Below, piece by piece: positions 38,103 to 47,499 of a DNA stretch of 64,000 nucleotides. This DNA is from Parcubacteria group bacterium (GTDB lineage Bacteria > Patescibacteriota > Minisyncoccia > UBA10092): positions 187-64,186 of the forward strand of contig JACPLW010000001.1 of the NCBI GenBank assembly GCA_016186325.1, given 5' to 3'. The notes under the pieces were generated by a model, which searched no databases, was not told the origin of the DNA, and saw only the letters and a list, made by a program, of their open reading frames with translations. Both the position numbers and the translations under genes were made by a program. Each line of letters starts with the position of its first letter. Position 1 is the first letter of the stretch.

Positions 38103-38525
38103 ATGGACTTAGATAGCAGACAGATATATATATTTGAAATTGTAGTTGCGGAGTTTATAAAAACGGCCCGGCCGGTCGGTTCGCGGTTTCTGGCTGAAAA
38201 TTACGATTTAGAAGTAAGCTCCGCAACTATCAGAAATGATTTGGCTTTTTGGGAAGAGCTGGGGTTTCTTACTAAGCCGCATCCTTCCGGCGGGCGAATT
38301 CCGACTTCAAAGGGCTGGCATTATTTTACTCACGAAATTCATGAGCCAGATGAGTTTTCAATGGAAGAAATGGCGCGGCTTAATGCTTTAACGAATAAGC
38401 TGTTAAGCACTTCTCAAGAAATTATGTCGTGTGTTTCAAAAATGTTTCCCGAGGTCTCCGATGAATTTTTTAAGAAATTTTTAGTAGATAAATTATTTAA
38501 CAATGAATATGAACGAAGAAAATAA
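38103..38525 (+). CDS. hrcA: heat-inducible transcription repressor HrcA, short form (winged-helix DNA-binding domain only)
   Basis: The N-terminus aligns to HrcA (EPVGSR...ATIRNDLAFWEELGFLTKPHPSGGRIPTSKGW) and sits in operon position before grpE-dnaK-dnaJ, but is only 140 aa versus ~340 aa. Confidence 0.55.
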   Translation: MDLDSRQIYIFEIVVAEFIKTARPVGSRFLAENYDLEVSSATIRNDLAFWEELGFLTKPHPSGGRIPTSKGWHYFTHEIHEPDEFSMEEMARLNALTNKLLSTSQEIMSCVSKMFPEVSDEFFKKFLVDKLFNNEYERRK

Positions 38526-38967
38526 AAATGAAATTGAAAATTTAAAAAAACAAGCCGAAGAATATTTAAATGGCTGGAAAAGGGCTAAGGCAGACTACCT
38601 TAACCTTAAAAAAGAAATGGAGTCGCAAGGTATAGAGATTAAAGATTGGATGTCAAAGATAATGCTGTTACCGCTTCTTGGAATTATGGATGGTTTTGAT
38701 AAAGCATTTGCCAATATTCCAGAAAGTATTGCGACCGACGGCTGGATTAAAGGAATAGAAGGTATTAAAAAACAACTTGAAGATTATCTTAAATCGCAAG
38801 GAGTTGAAGCGATGGCGGCAAAAGGTGAAAAGTTTGATCCGATAAAACACGAGGCGGTGGAATCAGTAGAGGGAGGCGAGTCTCAAATTGTCGCGGAAGA
38901 ATTACAAAAAGGTTATCTCAAAAATGGCGAAGTTTTGCGTCCGGCAAAAGTAAAAGTATATAAATAA
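38503..38967 (+). CDS. grpE: nucleotide exchange factor GrpE (short)
   Basis: GrpE C-terminal motifs, in operon context. Confidence 0.7.
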   Translation: MNMNEENKNEIENLKKQAEEYLNGWKRAKADYLNLKKEMESQGIEIKDWMSKIMLLPLLGIMDGFDKAFANIPESIATDGWIKGIEGIKKQLEDYLKSQGVEAMAAKGEKFDPIKHEAVESVEGGESQIVAEELQKGYLKNGEVLRPAKVKVYK

Positions 38968-39006
38968 TTTAAAATTTAGAAATTAAAATTTAAAATTTAT
39001 AAATAT

Positions 39007-40935
39007 ATGACAAAGATTTTAGGAATTGACTTAGGCACCACCAATTCGGCAATGGCGATTACCGAAGGCGGCACTCCAAAGATAATTGAAAACAAAGAGG
39101 GCAACAGAACGACGCCCTCTATAGTTGCTGTATCAAAAGGCAACGAACGGCTAGCCGGTCTTTTGGCCAAGCGGCAGGCAGTAGTTAATCCGGAAAATAC
39201 TCTTTTTTCCATAAAGCGTCTTATCGGCCGCCGGTGGGATGATCCGGAAATTTTACGCGACCAAAAATGGCTGCCATATCAGATTAGAAAATCCGAATCA
39301 GGGGGTGTTGAAATTAAAATGGCGGATAAATGGTATCGGCCTGAAGAAATTTCAGCACTGGTATTGCAGAAGTTAAAAGCGGATGCTGAAGAAAAACTCG
39401 GAGAAAAAATTACCGAAGCAATTATTACGGTTCCGGCTTATTTTGATGATTCCCAAAGACAAGCGACAAAAAACGCCGGCGAAATCGCAGGTTTAAAAGT
39501 TTTAAGAATTATCAACGAACCGACGGCGGCGGCTTTAGCTTACGGTTTGGATAAAAAGAAATCAGAGCAAATTGTAGTTTATGATTTTGGTGGCGGCACA
39601 TTTGATGTTTCGGTTTTAGAAATTGGCGATGATACGATTGAAGTTAAATCAACCGGCGGCGATACGCATCTTGGGGGCGACGATTTTGACCAGCGTATTA
39701 CTAATTATCTCGCGGATCTATTTAAAAAAGAACAAGGGATTGATTTATCAAAAGACGCCATGGCTCTTTCGCGCCTTAAAGAAGGTGCCGAGAAAGCCAA
39801 ACACGAACTTTCCACGGTTTTAGAGACTGAAATAAACCTTCCGTTCATTACTTCAGATGCTTCCGGACCCAAACATTTCATAACCAAAATGACTCGCGCT
39901 AAACTGGAAGAATTGGTTCATGATTTTATTGCCGCATCTATTGAGCTCACAAAACAAACGGTTAAAGAAGCAAAGTTTGCCCTAACCGATGTGGATGAGG
40001 TTGTTCTTGTCGGCGGCCAAACCAGAATGCCGGCGATAGTTGAAGCGGTAAAAAATCTTTTTGGCAAAGAACCGCATAAGGGTATTAATCCCGACGAAGT
40101 TGTTGCTCTTGGCGCGGCGGTTCAGGGCGGCGTTATGGCCGGCGATGTCCGCGATATTCTGCTTTTGGATGTTACGCCTTTGACTCTCGGCATTGAAACT
40201 TTGGGCGGCGTTGCTACTCCTATGATTTCTAAAAATACGACTGTTCCGACGGCAAAAACCCAGACATTTTCAACGGCAGCCGACAATCAACCGCAGGTAG
40301 AAATTCATATTCTACAGGGCGAACGGCCAATGTCGACCGATAATAAAACGCTCGGCAAGTTTATTTTAGACGGCATTCTTCCTGCGCCTCGGGGCGTTCC
40401 TCAAATTGAAGTTACTTTTGATATTGACGCCAATGGTATTTTGAATGTTTCCGCGATTGATAAAGCAACCAATAAAAAACAGGCGATTACTATTACCGCT
40501 TCCACAAGCTTATCCAAAGAAGAAATTGAGAAAATGAAAAAAGAAGCCGAAGTGAATGCGGTCGAAGATGCGAAGAAAAAAGAAACGATAGAAATTAAAA
40601 ATTCCGCCGAATCAATGGTATATATGTCCGAAAAGGCCTTAAAAGATGCTGGTGAAAAAATAAAACCGGAAGATAAAAAGACAATTGAAGAAAGGATTGA
40701 GGCTCTTAAAAAAATAAAAGATGGCGCCGATGTTGAAGCGATTAAAAAAGCGTCAACTGAACTTTCAACTGAAATCCAAAAAATCGGCGAGGCATTATAC
40801 AAAAAAGATGAAGCTTCAAAAGAAGAAACAAAACCAGAAGAGAGTAAGGAAGAACCCTCCTCCGCCCCGCAAAGCGGGGCTACGGAGGGCGCCGCCGAAG
40901 GCGAGCCTCGCCCCGAAGGGCGGGAGGGAAAATAA
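39007..40935 (+). CDS. dnaK: molecular chaperone DnaK
   Basis: 642 aa; canonical Hsp70 ([17 protein letters not shown]). Confidence 0.95.
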   Translation: MTKILGIDLGTTNSAMAITEGGTPKIIENKEGNRTTPSIVAVSKGNERLAGLLAKRQAVVNPENTLFSIKRLIGRRWDDPEILRDQKWLPYQIRKSESGGVEIKMADKWYRPEEISALVLQKLKADAEEKLGEKITEAIITVPAYFDDSQRQATKNAGEIAGLKVLRIINEPTAAALAYGLDKKKSEQIVVYDFGGGTFDVSVLEIGDDTIEVKSTGGDTHLGGDDFDQRITNYLADLFKKEQGIDLSKDAMALSRLKEGAEKAKHELSTVLETEINLPFITSDASGPKHFITKMTRAKLEELVHDFIAASIELTKQTVKEAKFALTDVDEVVLVGGQTRMPAIVEAVKNLFGKEPHKGINPDEVVALGAAVQGGVMAGDVRDILLLDVTPLTLGIETLGGVATPMISKNTTVPTAKTQTFSTAADNQPQVEIHILQGERPMSTDNKTLGKFILDGILPAPRGVPQIEVTFDIDANGILNVSAIDKATNKKQAITITASTSLSKEEIEKMKKEAEVNAVEDAKKKETIEIKNSAESMVYMSEKALKDAGEKIKPEDKKTIEERIEALKKIKDGADVEAIKKASTELSTEIQKIGEALYKKDEASKEETKPEESKEEPSSAPQSGATEGAAEGEPRPEGREGK

Positions 40936-40940
40936 AATAA

Positions 40941-41552
40941 ATGGCAAAAGATTATTACGAAATTTTAGGAGTGCAAAAGAGCGCGTCTGATGATGAAATT
41001 AAGCGCGCTTACAGAAAATTGGCGCACCAATATCATCCCGACAAAAATAAAGGTGACGATAAAAAATTCAAAGAAATAAATGAGGCATATCAGATTTTAG
41101 GAAACCGTGATAAGCGAAAACAATACGACAGATTCGGGAGTTCTTTTGAGAATCAGGGATTTTCAAGTAGGGAAGGTTTTGGCGATTTTGGCGGTCTGTC
41201 GGATATTTTGGAAGAATTGTTTGGCTTTGGCCGCCGAAGCCACGCGGAGCGGGGCGAAGGCGGCTTTGGTTTTGATTTTGGTAGGGGAGGAGGGTTTGGC
41301 CGCCAATGGTCAACCGTGCAGACGACTTTAGTTATTGATTTTGTAACCGCCGTATTGGGAGGAGATGTTGAAGTTTCCGTAAGAGGCGAAAGAATAAGAC
41401 TTAAAATTCCTTCCGGCATTCAAAATAACGAAGCCCTGGTGCATCACGGTAAAAACGGTGATATAATTTTTATTATCAACATTAAAATGCCTAAACATAT
41501 TTCTAAAAAAGCAAAAGAGCTTCTTGAAGAATTAAGAAATGAGGTGGATTAA
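40941..41552 (+). CDS. dnaJ: J-domain protein (DnaJ-like with G/F-rich region, no zinc finger)
   Basis: HPD motif in an N-terminal J domain, followed by a Gly/Phe-rich linker. Confidence 0.7.
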   Translation: MAKDYYEILGVQKSASDDEIKRAYRKLAHQYHPDKNKGDDKKFKEINEAYQILGNRDKRKQYDRFGSSFENQGFSSREGFGDFGGLSDILEELFGFGRRSHAERGEGGFGFDFGRGGGFGRQWSTVQTTLVIDFVTAVLGGDVEVSVRGERIRLKIPSGIQNNEALVHHGKNGDIIFIINIKMPKHISKKAKELLEELRNEVD

Positions 41553-41568
41553 AAATCAAAAATGAGTT

Positions 41569-42087
41569 ATGGAATATATAAATGTATTAAGAGAAACAAC
41601 TAACTCGTTTTTATCTGATCCCACTTGGGATATTTTGCTTTTATTATTTTTTTTCGCGACTGTTTTTATTTATGGTCTTGTTGTTGGACGAAATAGAATA
41701 ATTGTGTTATTATTAGCTTCTTATCCTGCCGCCCTCATCAATAGTCATGTGCCTTTTTACGGGAGATTTTTAAATAATCTAAATATTTATCAGGGTCTGT
41801 TTATTAGAGCTTTTAGTTTTTTTATTTTAACTTTTTTTATTTTCTGGATTTTAAGTAATCTGGGATTTTCAAGAAAAGAAATAAATAAAAAAACCGGTCA
41901 AATTTTATTTTTAAGTTTTCTTAATGTCGGACTTTGGGCTAGTATAATTTTTGGTTATGCCCTGGATTTAAATACAGAGGCTTTAAAATTAGCTCCACTG
42001 ACAAAATTACTTTTTGGTTTTGATACGGCGCAGTTTATTTGGTTTATCATCCCTATTTTTGTTTTATATTGGTTAGAAAGAAAATAA
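41569..42087 (+). CDS. membrane protein (hypothetical)
   Basis: Four or five transmembrane segments. Confidence 0.3.
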   Translation: MEYINVLRETTNSFLSDPTWDILLLLFFFATVFIYGLVVGRNRIIVLLLASYPAALINSHVPFYGRFLNNLNIYQGLFIRAFSFFILTFFIFWILSNLGFSRKEINKKTGQILFLSFLNVGLWASIIFGYALDLNTEALKLAPLTKLLFGFDTAQFIWFIIPIFVLYWLERK

Positions 42088-42177
42088 AATATGAACGCCT
42101 TTGTGTATATCTTAAGGGGTCAAAGTGGAAAATTTTATGTAGATTGAGAAAATAGTAGAAGATGGAAAGATTAACAT

Positions 42178-42251
42178 GCGCCCTTAGCTCAGCCCGGTAG
42201 AGCAACTCCCTTTTAAGGAGATGGTCGAAGGTTCAAATCCTTCAGGGCGCA
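42178..42251 (+). tRNA. tRNA-Lys (anticodon TTT)
   Basis: Acceptor GCGCCCT/AGGGCGC, anticodon loop CTTTTAA, T arm GAAGG-TTCAAAT-CCTTC. Confidence 0.8.
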
Positions 42252-42414
42252 CAGCAACTCCGACGTTCTGGTTTACGCCAGAAGTCGGAGTTCCGACCTC
42301 CAAAGCATTGGAGCGTCGGAATTGACCCAGGTCCGATTCCTGGTGGGGGCATAAGCGTTTTGATGTGGATAAACTCCCGTCTACGGCGGGAGTTTATCGT
42401 GGTATAATTTAATT

Positions 42415-43437
42415 ATGATAAAAACGATAAAATGGCAATTTGTTATAATTTTTATAGTTTTTTTGTCCCTGAATACCACCTCTTATGCCGCTACCGGAAC
42501 CCCGACAATTTTTAGTTATCAGGGGCGACTGACTAATGCCGCCGGCGCTTTGCAAACCGGTACTTTTTATTTTAAATTTTCCATATGGGACGTGGCTACG
42601 GGGGGAACTGCCGGAACCAATCGTCTTTGGCCATCGGGCGGTCCCGCTGAAGTTTCAGCTACGGTTACGTCCGGAGTGTTTAACGTGAATATAGGCGACA
42701 CGGATAATGGATATCCGGATTCTTTAGATTATAATTTTAATACCAATAAAGATATTTATCTTCAGGTTGAGGCTTCTTCTTCAAGTGGTAGCGGTTTTGA
42801 AACTCTTGACCCAAGACAGCGAATTTCTTCCGCTGTTTTCGCCCGGCTTGCCGCGGCAGTAAGCGGAACGGGTCAATCATCTTTTGGCACCACAACCCCA
42901 AGTTCGGGAGCCATCGTTACTGTCGCGGCTACTACCACTTCCGCCATTCCTCTTTTCATACGCGGCGCGCTGGGGCAGGTGGCAAATTTATTTAGAATTG
43001 AAAATTCAATTTCAGACCTTTTGTTTTCTATTGATTACTCCGGCGGTATTTTTTCCGCTTCAACCACCGCAATCCTTGGTAATGTCGGCGTTGGTACAAC
43101 AACTCTGACCAGGAAATTTAATGTTTTTAGCGCGGATAGCGTTCCGCAGTTTAGGTTGAACCAGTCAAATTCCAACTACGGCGAGTTTCAAGCCGATTCT
43201 TCTGGTGACATTAAAATTTCTTCAACCGGCGGAAATATTAGGGGAGATAATGAAAATTTGTGGATCTGCGAGGGTGCGGGTTGTGGCGCAGATGATCCGG
43301 CGGATAAGGGAAATGTAATAGTGGAAACGAAAGTTATTTTTAATAATAACTTTAAACTTGGATACACCAGCGCCACAACAACAACCATGTATAATTCAAC
43401 AGGGACTCCAATACTGATATTTGACCAGGAGCAATGA
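42415..43437 (+). CDS. secreted Gly/Ser/Thr-rich protein (hypothetical)
   Basis: Signal peptide ...NTTSYAATG. Confidence 0.3.
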   Translation: MIKTIKWQFVIIFIVFLSLNTTSYAATGTPTIFSYQGRLTNAAGALQTGTFYFKFSIWDVATGGTAGTNRLWPSGGPAEVSATVTSGVFNVNIGDTDNGYPDSLDYNFNTNKDIYLQVEASSSSGSGFETLDPRQRISSAVFARLAAAVSGTGQSSFGTTTPSSGAIVTVAATTTSAIPLFIRGALGQVANLFRIENSISDLLFSIDYSGGIFSASTTAILGNVGVGTTTLTRKFNVFSADSVPQFRLNQSNSNYGEFQADSSGDIKISSTGGNIRGDNENLWICEGAGCGADDPADKGNVIVETKVIFNNNFKLGYTSATTTTMYNSTGTPILIFDQEQ

Positions 43438-43452
43438 TGACGCGCCCCCCCC

Positions 43453-44247
43453 ATGTCTTTTCTTGAAGAACTAAAAATATTCATAAAAAATATTTTTTAT
43501 TGGATTCTGTCCTTTATCGGTTTTTCTTTTTTCTTTTTCGCTTTTGGTTTAAAAAAAGCGGCGATTTTCGGGCAAAATTATTTTCTGCCGCTGCCGACCG
43601 AAAATTCTTTTTCCGCGCAAGTTTTTAAAAAAATCAGGCACGATCTTCTTCCGCCGGACGTTGCTCTTATCGCCACCAATCCAATGAGCGCTTTTATATC
43701 CCAGATAACGCTTTCTCTGTTATTAGGTTTTTTGGTAACCGTTCCCTTTTTTCTTTATAAAATTATTATGTATCTCCGGCCCGCCCTTCTTTTTCGCGAA
43801 AGAAGGGCGGTAATGTTGTCTTTGCTGCCTTTTGTTTTTTTATTTTTTTCCGGTTCCGCGTTCGCTTATTTTTTTCTGATCCCGACCACCTTTAAAACGC
43901 TTTATCCGTACACCGCGGCTATCGGCGCGATTCCATTTTTTTCAATAAACGAATTTATGTATTATGTTTTCGGCCTTACTATTGCCACCGGGACTATGTT
44001 TTTACTGCCACTATTTATGGTCTTATTGAGCATTTTAGGGATTATACCGGCTTGGGTATGGAAAAAAAATTGGCGATACGCTAACTTTCTTTTTCTGGTT
44101 TTGGCCGCCATAATCACTCCGGATGGGACGGGAATCACTATGATTTTACTTTTCATTCCTTTGTCGTTCTTGTACTTTATAGGGTCTTTTTTTGCTGTTA
44201 AACTTAGTAATAGACATGCGACTATAAAAAAGGTCGAAAATTTGTAA
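43453..44247 (+). CDS. tatC: twin-arginine translocase subunit TatC
   Basis: Six-transmembrane topology with an MSFLEELKIF N-terminus, adjacent to tatA. Confidence 0.55.
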   Translation: MSFLEELKIFIKNIFYWILSFIGFSFFFFAFGLKKAAIFGQNYFLPLPTENSFSAQVFKKIRHDLLPPDVALIATNPMSAFISQITLSLLLGFLVTVPFFLYKIIMYLRPALLFRERRAVMLSLLPFVFLFFSGSAFAYFFLIPTTFKTLYPYTAAIGAIPFFSINEFMYYVFGLTIATGTMFLLPLFMVLLSILGIIPAWVWKKNWRYANFLFLVLAAIITPDGTGITMILLFIPLSFLYFIGSFFAVKLSNRHATIKKVENL

Positions 44248-44268
44248 AAAATTAAATACAATAACAAT

Positions 44269-44355
44269 ATGTTTGGACTAGGGTTTACGGAAATAACAAT
44301 AATTTTAGTCGCGGCAGCCGTCGTAATTTATTTTTTTTACTGGAAAAAAAAATAG
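44269..44355 (+). pseudogene. truncated duplicate of the tatA 5' end (28 codons)
   Basis: MFGLGFTEITIILVAAAVVIYFFYWKKK. The ~60-bp block AATAACAATATGTTTGGACTAGG... is repeated at 44255 and 44370. Confidence 0.4.
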
Positions 44356-44384
44356 ATTGATAAAAAATTAGGCTCAATAACAAT

Positions 44385-44579
44385 ATGTTTGGACTAGGTA
44401 TCCCCGAAATAACAATAATTTTAATCGCGGCGGTGATTTTCTTTTTTGGCGGGGAAAAACTATCGGAATTGGCGAGGGCGTTGGGCCGGTTTACCGGAGA
44501 ATTTAAAAAAGGCAAAGCGGAAATGGAAAAAGAAATAAAAAAAGTCGAAAAAGAATTTAAATCTGATAAAAAATCGTAG
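44385..44579 (+). CDS. tatA: twin-arginine translocase subunit TatA/E
   Basis: MFGLGIPEITIILIAAVIFFFGGEKLSELARALGRFTGEFKKG is canonical TatA. Confidence 0.75.
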   Translation: MFGLGIPEITIILIAAVIFFFGGEKLSELARALGRFTGEFKKGKAEMEKEIKKVEKEFKSDKKS

Positions 44580-44588
44580 TAAACGAGG

Positions 44589-44711
44589 ATGGATCCCGTT
44601 AGAGATTCAGGCCTTGTTTAGATCTGACGGGTATCATAAATTATCAAAACATGTTAAATCACGTATTAGACTTAATAACGGAAACGAAAGTTTCCTATCT
44701 CTAACGGGATG
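44589..44711 (+). repeat. start-codon-embedded inverted-repeat element, copy B (arms 44594-44606 and 44697-44709)
   Basis: ATGGATCCCGTTAGAGAT ... ATCTCTAACGGGATG. The A-to-G change is compensated in both arms. The 3' ATG is the start of the Tat-signal ORF. Confidence 0.6.
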
Positions 44712-44939
44712 GATGAAAATAGAAGAAAATTCCTTAAAATAATACTGATTGGCGGCGGGGCTATTTTAGCGGAGAAGGTTTTAACTCCTCTGTTTTCGTT
44801 TCTAAATGATTCATCCGCCAAAACCGGTTTGCTTAATAAAACCAGTTTTGGGAATTTTAAAATTGTGGAAAATAAAGAAAAACTGTCTATTCGCGACAGT
44901 TCGGGAGAAGAAATATTTCAAATTGATGATGAGGCGTAA
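44709..44939 (+). CDS. small protein with twin-arginine (Tat) signal peptide
   Basis: MDENRRKFLKIILIGGGAILA matches the RRxFLK Tat motif and lies directly downstream of tatA. Confidence 0.35.
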   Translation: MDENRRKFLKIILIGGGAILAEKVLTPLFSFLNDSSAKTGLLNKTSFGNFKIVENKEKLSIRDSSGEEIFQIDDEA

Positions 44940-44959
44940 AATTTCATTACAATAAATCA

Positions 44960-45062
44960 ATGGTCCCGTTAGAAATTTATAAAATATAACCTGCCGGGAC
45001 TATAAATCAGTAATTATTTTTGATAAATTATAATAAATTAAACATAGATTTCTAACAGGATG
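44960..45062 (+). repeat. start-codon-embedded inverted-repeat element, copy C (arms 44964-44976 and 45048-45060)
   Basis: ATGGTCCCGTTAGAAAT ... ATTTCTAACAGGATG, with one C/A mismatch in the stem. The 3' ATG is the start of the next ORF. Confidence 0.55.
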
Positions 45063-45551
45063 GCAGAAAAAATAGAATGTAAAAATCATGAATGGATCCC
45101 TCTTTTAGGGATTAATAAGGGAAAAGGCGTTGTTACCTCTCTTTTTACTTGTCTAAAATGCGGAGACCTTAAAGTCGGCGAACAGACCATTAAAATTTCT
45201 CAATATCGTCTGGATATGGGCGAACTGCCCATAAATAATGTTCTCGGCATTAAATTGGTTGAATCGCCGACGGCCAATCAAACTGCTTCCGGACTCATAG
45301 TTAGTATGACCTATGGCGAATCTATTACTTTAGGCGACCTTTTATATTTCAAATCGGACGAAAAAGTTTATAAGGCGGACGCGAACGGGGCTTCCACTTA
45401 TCCGGTGGCGGGTTTGGCTTTGGCCACCGCGAGCAGCGGGTCAAACAATGTCCTCTTGCACGGTATTTACAGAGACAGCGTTAAATGGACCGGAGGAAGC
45501 GTCTTAACTGTTGGGGCGTTTGTTATCTGTCAACTACAGTGGGAGGAATAA
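45060..45551 (+). CDS. hypothetical protein (N-terminal C4 cluster)
   Basis: 163-aa ORF. Confidence 0.3.
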   Translation: MAEKIECKNHEWIPLLGINKGKGVVTSLFTCLKCGDLKVGEQTIKISQYRLDMGELPINNVLGIKLVESPTANQTASGLIVSMTYGESITLGDLLYFKSDEKVYKADANGASTYPVAGLALATASSGSNNVLLHGIYRDSVKWTGGSVLTVGAFVICQLQWEE

Positions 45552-45661
45552 CCCAATCTCAACCTGCGGCGACAAACGATGTAATTCAGGTTGTCGGAAT
45601 CGCCACCCACACCGACACTATTAATTTCAATCCGTCCGCGGACTATATTACTCATACATAA

Positions 45662-45682
45662 TTAAGGACGTCGGACGTCCTT
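45662..45682. repeat. 21-bp perfect palindrome TAAGGACGTC-G-GACGTCCTTA (copy 1 of 3)
   Basis: Identical copies with a variable centre base at 57273-57293 and 58992-59012. Contains GACGTC. Confidence 0.8.
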
Positions 45683-45757
45683 ATATTGAGAGCTCTTTTC
45701 AAATACCTGTCGTTTATGGTATTTTTTTGTATATTTGGCATATCTAATTAAAATATT

Positions 45758-46675
45758 ATGCTTTCAATAGCAATACCAAGCAGAAACGAAATATTTTTGA
45801 GAAAAACAATTCTTGATGTATTGGCTAACGCTACCGGAGAAATTGAGATTTTTCCTGTTCTGGACGGATATGAACCGCCAAGCGAAGAAATTGTTGATGA
45901 TCCCAGGGTTCATTATTTGCGGATTCCTTTAGGGGATGGGAAATGCCATAAGCGCCAGGGCATAAACATGATGGTCGATGTATGCAAGGGAGAATACGTT
46001 TCTTCTCTGGATGCGCATTGCATGATGGCCAAAGGATTTGACGAACAGTTAGCCAAAGATCATCAGCCAAACTGGGTGCAAGTTCCTCGCAGGCACAGAT
46101 TAGACGCAGAAAATTGGTGTCTGCAAACCCAGTCCGATAACCGGCCGCCAATTGACTATGAATATCTAATGTTTCCCTTGAATTATCACCGCATGTCAGG
46201 CTCGCCCAAAGAGCCAAAGAAAGATTACCATCCGGCATTGCACGGCTTTAAGTGGGACGCGAGAACTCTGGCCCGTTCCCACATCCCGACTGACGAAACC
46301 ATAACCATACAGGGAAGTTTTTGGTTTATGACCAAGGACTGGTTTCGCAAAATAGATTTAATGCAGATAGAAGGATTCAGCGGGTGGGGACAAGAAGGAG
46401 AGGAAATTTGTTTTAAAACCTGGTTATCGGGGGGTAAGGTGATGGTCAATAAGAATACTTGGTACGCGCATCTGCACAAGGGACCCAAATACGGCCGAAT
46501 GTATCATATGAGCAAGGAATCAATCAGGAAATGCAATAACTATTCATACGATTTCTGGGTAAACAATCGCTGGGAAAAAAGAATTCATGATTTTGAATGG
46601 CTTATCCAAAAGTTCTGGCCGCTGCCAAACTGGCCGGATAACTGGAAAGAACTTCTATCCAAATGGTCTCAATAA
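45758..46675 (+). CDS. GT-A-fold glycosyltransferase-like protein, paralog family A (copy 1 of 4)
   Basis: The IAIPSRNE N-terminus is typical of GT2 and precedes a VLDGY motif. Shares the C-terminal WLIxKFWPxPxWPxNWKE motif with 46663, 50033 and 54102. Confidence 0.5.
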   Translation: MLSIAIPSRNEIFLRKTILDVLANATGEIEIFPVLDGYEPPSEEIVDDPRVHYLRIPLGDGKCHKRQGINMMVDVCKGEYVSSLDAHCMMAKGFDEQLAKDHQPNWVQVPRRHRLDAENWCLQTQSDNRPPIDYEYLMFPLNYHRMSGSPKEPKKDYHPALHGFKWDARTLARSHIPTDETITIQGSFWFMTKDWFRKIDLMQIEGFSGWGQEGEEICFKTWLSGGKVMVNKNTWYAHLHKGPKYGRMYHMSKESIRKCNNYSYDFWVNNRWEKRIHDFEWLIQKFWPLPNWPDNWKELLSKWSQ

Positions 46676-47499
46676 TAATTCCATCAAGAAACGAGATATT
46701 TCTCGAAAAAACGGTCAAAGGTCTTCTCGATAACTGTACCGGTGAGTTTGAAATTCTCGTTGTCTTGGATGGCTACAATCCCCCGGAGAGAAATTCTGAT
46801 TCGAGGGTCAAGTACATTCTTCATGAAGATAGCGTTGGTATGAGGGCGGGCATAAATTCCGCCGTGAAGATCGCCAAAGGCGAATTCTTGATGAAAATCG
46901 ACGCGCATTGCGTTGTAGACAAAGGTATAGATGAGAAACTGGCGGCGGATTGCGGGGATAATACGGTTATGATACCGAGGAGATACAAGCTGGACGACGA
47001 GAATTGGCGCGCCAATATGAATGAGACGCCGATTGATTACGAGCATTTCATATATCCCCTAAAATACGACCCGGTATCCCTTCACGGATTTAGGTGGAAA
47101 AGCAGAGCCGAAGAGCGAAAAGATATTTTAATAGACGATACTCTGACATTCCAAGGCTCATGCTGGTTTATGAAAAAGAGTCACTTCGAAAAGCACAAGT
47201 TTCTGAAGGTAAAAGAATTCCACGGCCTGCTTTACGGAGAGCCGGAGGAATTGGGATTGACCACGTGGCTTTCAGGAGGCAGGGTAGTGACGAATAAGAA
47301 AACCTGGTATGCGCACCTGTTCAAAGGGAAGAAATACGGGCGTGGCTATTTTATTGACAGAAATCAGGGCAGGGACTGCTATAGATATTCTTATAATTAT
47401 TGGGCTAACGAGAACAAAGAGGGTTTCATAAAGGTAATAGAAAAGTTCTGGCCGATTCCGGGATGGCCAGCTGACTGGAAAGAACGTTTATGGAATTAA
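46663..47499 (+). CDS. GT-A-fold glycosyltransferase-like protein, paralog family A (copy 2)
   Basis: MVSIIIPSRNEIFLEKT...VVLDGY with the shared C-terminal motif. Confidence 0.5.
   Translation: MVSIIIPSRNEIFLEKTVKGLLDNCTGEFEILVVLDGYNPPERNSDSRVKYILHEDSVGMRAGINSAVKIAKGEFLMKIDAHCVVDKGIDEKLAADCGDNTVMIPRRYKLDDENWRANMNETPIDYEHFIYPLKYDPVSLHGFRWKSRAEERKDILIDDTLTFQGSCWFMKKSHFEKHKFLKVKEFHGLLYGEPEELGLTTWLSGGRVVTNKKTWYAHLFKGKKYGRGYFIDRNQGRDCYRYSYNYWANENKEGFIKVIEKFWPIPGWPADWKERLWN

Noticed and set aside
45831-46488. Minus-strand ORFs 45831..46238 and 46225..46488 and similar antisense ORFs across the GT island
   Set aside because: Antisense to plus-strand genes that have conserved GT motifs and paralog support.
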